Shown here piece by piece: positions 50,702 through 64,000 of a stretch of DNA of 64,000 nucleotides. Position 1 is the stretch's first letter, and every line of letters begins with the position of its first letter. Location of the stretch: NCBI RefSeq assembly GCF_009914755.1, contig NC_060938.1; one strand, given 5' to 3'. The position numbers were made by a program, and so were the translations under genes. The notes beneath the pieces are model-generated. The model saw only the letters and a list, made by a program, of their open reading frames with translations, made no database searches and was not told where the DNA came from. The stretch comes from the human T2T-CHM13v2.0 reference genome, Homo sapiens.

Positions 50702-51037
50702 GGTGTTTTTTTTGAGACAGGGTCTCGTTCTATTGCCCATGCTGCAGTGCAATGGTAGAATCATAGCTCCCTGCAGCATTGAACTCCTGGCTCAAGTGTT
50801 TCTCCCATCTTCAGCCTCCCAAGTAGCTAGGACTACAGACACATACCACCACACCCAGCATATACATATACATATATATATATGCATATATACACATACA
50901 TATATATATATGCATATATACACATATACATATATATGCATATATACACATATACACATATATATGCATATATACACATATACATATATATGCATATATA
51001 CACATATACACATATATATGCATATATACACATATAC

Positions 51038-51134
<97 letters not shown>

Positions 51135-51238
51135 TTCCCCTCCTGTAGAAATGGAGTCTTGCTTTGCTGCCCAGGCAATCCTCCCACCTTGGCCTCCCAA
51201 AGCACTGGGATTACAGGCGTGAGCTACTGCACCCAGCC
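50702..51238 (-). mobile_element. AluJ with a microsatellite expansion in its linker
   Basis: Right arm 50702-50858, left-arm remnant 51140-51238. Confidence 0.85.
50859..51136. repeat. Compound TA/CA minisatellite, then (CA)n, (TA)~21 and poly(T)
   Basis: Repeated catatatatgcatatatacacatata(ca) units followed by pure runs. Confidence 0.95.
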
Positions 51239-51269
51239 AAAAATACTTTTACATTGTAATAACAGAGAT

Positions 51270-52272
<1,003 letters not shown>

Positions 52273-52572
52273 AATTATGACTTATCTAATGATGCAAGAT
52301 GGGTTGATACACATCCAGCACCACTATTCAGAAGACACTGATGGAATCTAACAGTTTTTATAGTGCCACTTTTACATTTGGTCTCTTTATATTACCAACT
52401 CAGTACAACTAGAATGATCCTAAAATTTTACAGCTCTCTGGATTGTTTTGACTGTCCTAATTTGAAAAAATTAGTATGAACAAAAACAAAGGGATTTTTA
52501 TAAAAATATGCAGAAAAACCCCGACATTTTAAAATCACATTGCCACATTAGTTTTTCTATATATTTTACTTA

Positions 52573-52809
<237 letters not shown>

Positions 52810-52925
52810 TTATTTCTGTATCAAAATTTTAAAATATTTTAAAATCCAGGATCCTCTTAAGAACGTTCAAAATATGAATGTTCTCCCCTCATTCAGCAAT
52901 ATTAACACCTTAGAAATCAGGACCA

Positions 52926-53220
<295 letters not shown>

Positions 53221-54453
53221 TCAGGACCAAATGAAAATATTTATCTCAGAAAAAAATTAGCAAGCAACTCATAACAAAATAATTAATGGCTCTACCCAAT
53301 GTTCACAAGGCCCAATAAGAGGTATTTAACACTTTTTTATTCACTCTAAAAGATGATGGCAAAAAATAGTGTCTTATTTCTTTAAGGATATATAGGAAAG
53401 AAATGCAAAAATAGGGGGAAAACCTAGATCCTATGTTTTCCATATCAGTTTTGAAAATTATAAGAATTCATATAAACAGATTTCAAAATTATAAAGTTCT
53501 AAAACTCACATGGTTTCTATCTGAAAAATAACAAGTTTCCACTAAACTTTACAGAAGAGAATGTTTAATGGTATGTAACAAAAAGATTTTCCTAAAACTG
53601 GACACTTCTGCTTTGGACAGGTAATTTTCTTATTGTGCAAGTACAGGCTATTTGTGGCACAATAAATAAAATGCTTGATAAGTGCTGTTCCCCCAATTTA
53701 TATATCATTTAGACTCTTTTGCAGAAACTTACTTCAGAATATTTTGAACATTCCAAATTATGAGAGCATTTTAAACTCCAATTTGAGATATAAAATTTCA
53801 GTATAATAATTTAAGTTTACTAACCAAGGGAAGAGGATGCACTCTGGGGAGGGACCAGTATCAAAAGACAGCTCCATTTTTACTGTCTAAATGCCTAGGT
53901 AGGATGCCGGCTTTCCTACGTAGGCAACAGCTCTATCTCATGCTCTCAAACTGCAACAGTAGTTAGTCATGGAAGGAAGCTGAAGAATTTAAAGGTGTGG
54001 GAGGACAAAGACATTCAAGTGTTATGCAGCAGACAGGAAGGACGTCAAGTTGAAAGAAGTGAACTGTGAACCTAGGGTGCCTGGAAAACCCAACATGGAT
54101 GTTTAAAGTTGCTAAGAGCAATAGTGGGACAAGAAGCTGATTCTAAAATTTAAGTGAAGAAAGAAGAGATATTATTTGGGGGGAAAAAGTTAGATATAAC
54201 AATTTTAATTTTAGAAAATCTTTCAAATAAATTTTCATAAAACAAATGGCAGAAAGTGAAGCTTAACAAATCTAAGCATTCCAAGCAGTTAAGAACTTTC
54301 TCTTCTTTAAATAAGAAAATAAAAATTAAAGAAAACACTGTATTTCCTCCAATTGTGCCAGAATCTTGGAGACAGCTAGAAAATCTTACGCTAATCAAAA
54401 AAGATTGTGGTTTTTCAAAGGTGCATAAAGGGTAAAGAGAAATCCCAAGACTA

Positions 54454-55595
<1,142 letters not shown>

Positions 55596-55689
55596 CTAAA
55601 ACACATCTGCAAAAGGCATTAAAATAGCTGAAACACAAAACAAAAAATGTTTTCAATGACTGTTTTCTCAATTCTCCCAAGGATAGTAC

Positions 55690-56545
<856 letters not shown>

Positions 56546-57092
56546 TTTTTTTTTCTCTTTGGATACTCAATAATGTTTAAGTTAGGGGTTCTGAAAACCA
56601 CTGCCTTAGGACCATTAGGAAACCTCACTAAGAAAGGTTCCAGGAGTCTTAGCAGGAAGACATTCACACACAGACAATAGCCAGGTTTAACTTTCTACAA
56701 CTGGTTAAAAGGCTGGATTGTATCTCTACATTCTTACTTCTTATTAAGACATACTAAATATCACCTGAGTGATATCTGGGCACAACTCTCTTCTCTTCTT
56801 CACATTTTTTCCTCTCAATCTCCCTGCTCTAAGATCAATTTGCTTGCTAAATCACATCTATTATACTTCTTACATTCCCACATTCCAGCAGTAGTTTGAA
56901 GAAAATCCCACCTGTTTCTCAATTGGTCCAATTACATGGCTATGCACAACACTTCCCTGACTTCCCTCACCTTTCCATAGTAGGAGTCATGCAATCTTAA
57001 AATCACGAATTCAATTACAAAATTTGCCAGGCTTAGTCCCATGTCCGACAATGGCATATCTGAAATAAAGTCCTTTTACAAGCCAACTTAAC

Positions 57093-58949
<1,857 letters not shown>

Positions 58950-59708
58950 TCACTACCAGAGGAGAAAGAGAAGGAAAACTCAACATGCATTTATATTTAA
59001 ATCTAAAACCTTTTTAAACCAAGTTAATTTGGCTAGTTATCCATGGCTTTGGACGGTAGAGGTTGAGGGAGTTCAAGTGAAAACGAGAATTCCACATCCC
59101 CACTTCAGTGATTGATGTAGATTTACTATGACCTTCCTCAGGCAGTACCTTTACCACCAAATCGGGAAACACTACCTACCGTAGAAAGAAAGCCCAGTGA
59201 GATAGGGCTGGTCCTGCTGGAAAACTGAACTCTTTGTAATCAAAACCCAAGGCATTATCTTTACCAAGCTCTTTTCCCCTTTAACCCCTTTAACTTCCAA
59301 GGCTGAATTACGGTGACGTAGTCAATTGGGTTCAAAGTCTAGGACACTCCATATCTGGCAAGGAATGAAACAGTAAGTCCAAGGGCCCAGAGGCGATGAT
59401 GGACTTGGGTGGAGGTGGGTGGCCCAGGAGGTGGGGGTGGGTGCTGGGCGAGATGCTCGAACCACCGTTTTCCACATCTTTCCACCTAATCCAGGGGAGC
59501 TGGAGGAGGCCGGGCCCCCGGCCCCGGCAGAGCGAAGTGGGTGAGAGGGTGGCAAGCTCAGCACTCAACGCTCCCCGCGCCGGACCGGGCCTCAGCCTCC
59601 AGCACACCTCGCTGGCCCCGGGGCACCGAGAGGGCAGAGCCGGGACCACCCCAGGATCCCAGCCCCCAGCCCGCCGCCGCCAGCCCGCCCCCGCTCCCCG
59701 CTGCGCAC

Positions 59709-59915
59709 CTGCGGTCCCCCAGGAGCGGAGACGAGGCGGCCCTTTCCTCACTGTCCCCCTGCAGGACCCGTCGCAGCCTCCGCTTTGCAAAATCTGTCCT
59801 CTCCGCCCAGCAGGAGCAGTCCGTGGCACCGCAATCAGGGGTGGCGCCACCCCGCCCCGGGCCTCAGCGAAGACCTCCGCCCGGCCAACATGGCTGGCGC
59901 CGCCTCTGCCACGTC
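59709..59915 (-). other. SEC23A: SEC23A non-coding exon 1 (5' UTR); TSS approximate
   Basis: Inside the CpG island. Donor CAG|GTGCGC at 59708-59707; an alternative donor ACA|GTGAGG at 59751-59750 is also possible. Confidence 0.6.
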
Positions 59916-59916
59916 A
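59907..59916 (-). promoter_or_regulatory. UPRE/CRE-like element TGACGTGGCA (CREB3-family/XBP1s site)
   Basis: Plus strand TGCCACGTCA at the 5' end of the gene; matches the TGACGTGG consensus. Confidence 0.75.
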
Positions 59917-60099
59917 AGAGGAGGGGACGGGGCGTGAGGGCAGGAAGGGGGCAGGAAGGGGCGGGCGCAGAGTTACCAGGGCAGGCCACCGGACCCCTGA
60001 GCTTGCTTAATAACCGGAGGATTTGAGAAAGGCGCGCGGCGGGCGAAGGTACCGAGAGGGGAGGAGGGAGGAGAGGTAGCGGGGACCGAGCCAGAGGGG

Positions 60100-60115
60100 C
60101 GGAAGAACCCGGAAG
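60100..60115 (+). promoter_or_regulatory. Tandem ETS/GABP-like CGGAAG motifs
   Basis: CGGAAG at 60100-60105 and 60110-60115, 10-bp period. Confidence 0.5.
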
Positions 60116-60866
60116 ACCCAGGCAGCCGGACGGCCGAGGGGCGTGGGACCGGGCAGAGCGGGACCGGGAGAGAGCGCCTTTCCCAGCTCCCTAAAGCCAC
60201 AGCGTATCCCACTCCCTGCAGGTCGCAGAAAGAGTGGAGAACTGGTGCCACTCGGACACCTTAGCTCACCGAGAGAAATGGAGACGGCCTCCAGGACATC
60301 TTAGGACCCTGGTTGATTCCGAGAATCACAAATCACATCTCTGAAAAAAGTGAAAAGTTCATTCTTTCACTTAGTGCAACAAATGTTTACTGAAACTTAC
60401 TATGTGCCAGACACAATTGAGATGCTGGTAATATGATGCAGGCAAAGTAGGCCCAGATCCCTGGCCCGAAAGAATTCACGTACTATTTATGTATTTTAGT
60501 CAGCCTGTCTTTTCCTCCTACATTGCCTCTGCCACTTCAACTCTGTCTCCCCCCACCCCCAAAACACACACACAGTACAATATTTGGCTGATTCATCTTG
60601 ATATGTTCAATGTTTTTCTTTCCAAGAAAAAAGTTGAACAAAATGAGAAAGCAACAGATTGGTAAGACATTAGAGCTTGGTGGTCTCAGACAACCCCTTC
60701 CTTCAGTGAGGGGAATGAAATTAAGTGCCCATGGAATTAATTGCATATATGACAACGCCTAAAAGCCTGCAAAGTTTAGCCATATCAACATTTTATGGAA
60801 TGGAAAAAAAGATCAAGTCCCTGTCCTTGAAAGCTCATATTCATGAGAAATAAGACAGCAGCACCA

Positions 60867-61320
<454 letters not shown>

Positions 61321-61423
61321 TTAATGAAGATTCTTAACAGCACACAGCAGAGGTGTTGTTATAAAGGTGGAATAAGTACACCCACCAAAAGCGACAAGAT
61401 CTAAGAATGAGTAGGATAAAAAG

Positions 61424-61782
61424 ATCTTAGTCCATTTAGGCTGCTAACACAAATGCCCTCAACTGGGTAGCTCATAAACAACAGAAATTTATTTCTGACT
61501 GTCCTGGAGGCTGAGAAGTCCAGGATCAAGATGCCAGCAGATTTGGTGTCCGGTGAGGACCTGCTTTCTGATTCATAGATGGTGCCTTCTTTGTTCTCAC
61601 ATGGCAGAAGGGGCTGGCTAGCTCTCTGGGGTCTCTTTTACAAGGGTACTAATCCCATTCATGAGAGGCCAGCCCTCATGACCTGTTCACCTCCCAAAGG
61701 CCCTACCTCCCTATACCATCACCTTAGCAGTTAAGATTTCAACCTATGAGTTTGGTAGGACACAAATATTCAGACCATAGCA
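61424..61782 (-). mobile_element. MLT1A-type (ERVL-MaLR) solo LTR
   Basis: tcttagtccatttaggctgcta...ggacacaaatattcagaccatagca. Confidence 0.85.
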
Positions 61783-61934
61783 ACATTGATGAGAAGATCC
61801 ACAGAAATCCTGGAATCCAGCGAGGAATAAATCAAAGCATAGTACCTTTGGTAGATTCATTCATTTCATGGTTCCCAGAAAGGCATCTTTACCATCCAGC
61901 TCAATGAAGTCTTTTCAAAAACTCATCATTCCTG

Positions 61935-63907
<1,973 letters not shown>

Positions 63908-64000
63908 ATAATTTTTTCCAGTATGCTGGTTACGAGGTTTCAACCTGAGGAAGAGTAGAAAGGGAATGGAATTTTTTTTAACTCCTGTGAAAGGAAGGTC

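Larger units (their letters stand above)
59440..60300. promoter_or_regulatory. CpG island / SEC23A promoter
   Basis: Abrupt GC- and CpG-rich block in an AT-rich background; GC boxes (GGGGCGGG), no TATA box seen. Confidence 0.92.

Noticed and set aside
59332-60251. Overlapping 80-204 aa ORFs on both strands at the promoter
   Set aside because: Stop-poor GC-rich CpG island; most start at non-ATG codons and are Pro/Arg/Gly/Ala low-complexity
63986-64000. tgtgaaaggaa resembling the start of another MER4 LTR
   Set aside because: Only ~11 nt match at the window edge; cannot be supported

Overview
Primate (human-like) genomic DNA, AT-rich and very Alu-dense. It carries the 5' three-quarters of SEC23A (COPII inner-coat Sar1-GAP) on the minus strand. 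A CpG-island promoter with non-coding exon 1 lies at ~59.7-59.9 kb. Fifteen coding exons (2-16, from 52794 down to 1836) all have GT-AG boundaries and splice into one open frame of 1899 nt (codons 1-633); the rest of the gene lies left of the window. Introns hold a full-length antisense processed RPLP1 pseudogene, two fossil hAT/Charlie transposase segments, several solo LTRs (THE1, an ERV1-type LTR, MER4A, MER21, MLT1A), L1/L2/MIR fragments and roughly 60 Alu pieces. Almost all other entries in the ORF track are Alu or microsatellite artefacts. I found no evidence for a new multi-gene system. The most interesting observations are: a UPRE/CRE-like site, a short uORF and a perfect 16-bp palindrome at the 5' end; an AluYb8-lineage insertion; an LTR integrated inside an Alu; a tailless Alu with TSDs; a poly(A)-only retrotransposition footprint; a multi-monomer Alu composite under one TSD; inverted Alus around exons 2 and 3; and a (UG)19 tract just after exon 7. 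Repeat subfamily names are from pattern recognition, not a database search, and repeat ends are approximate.
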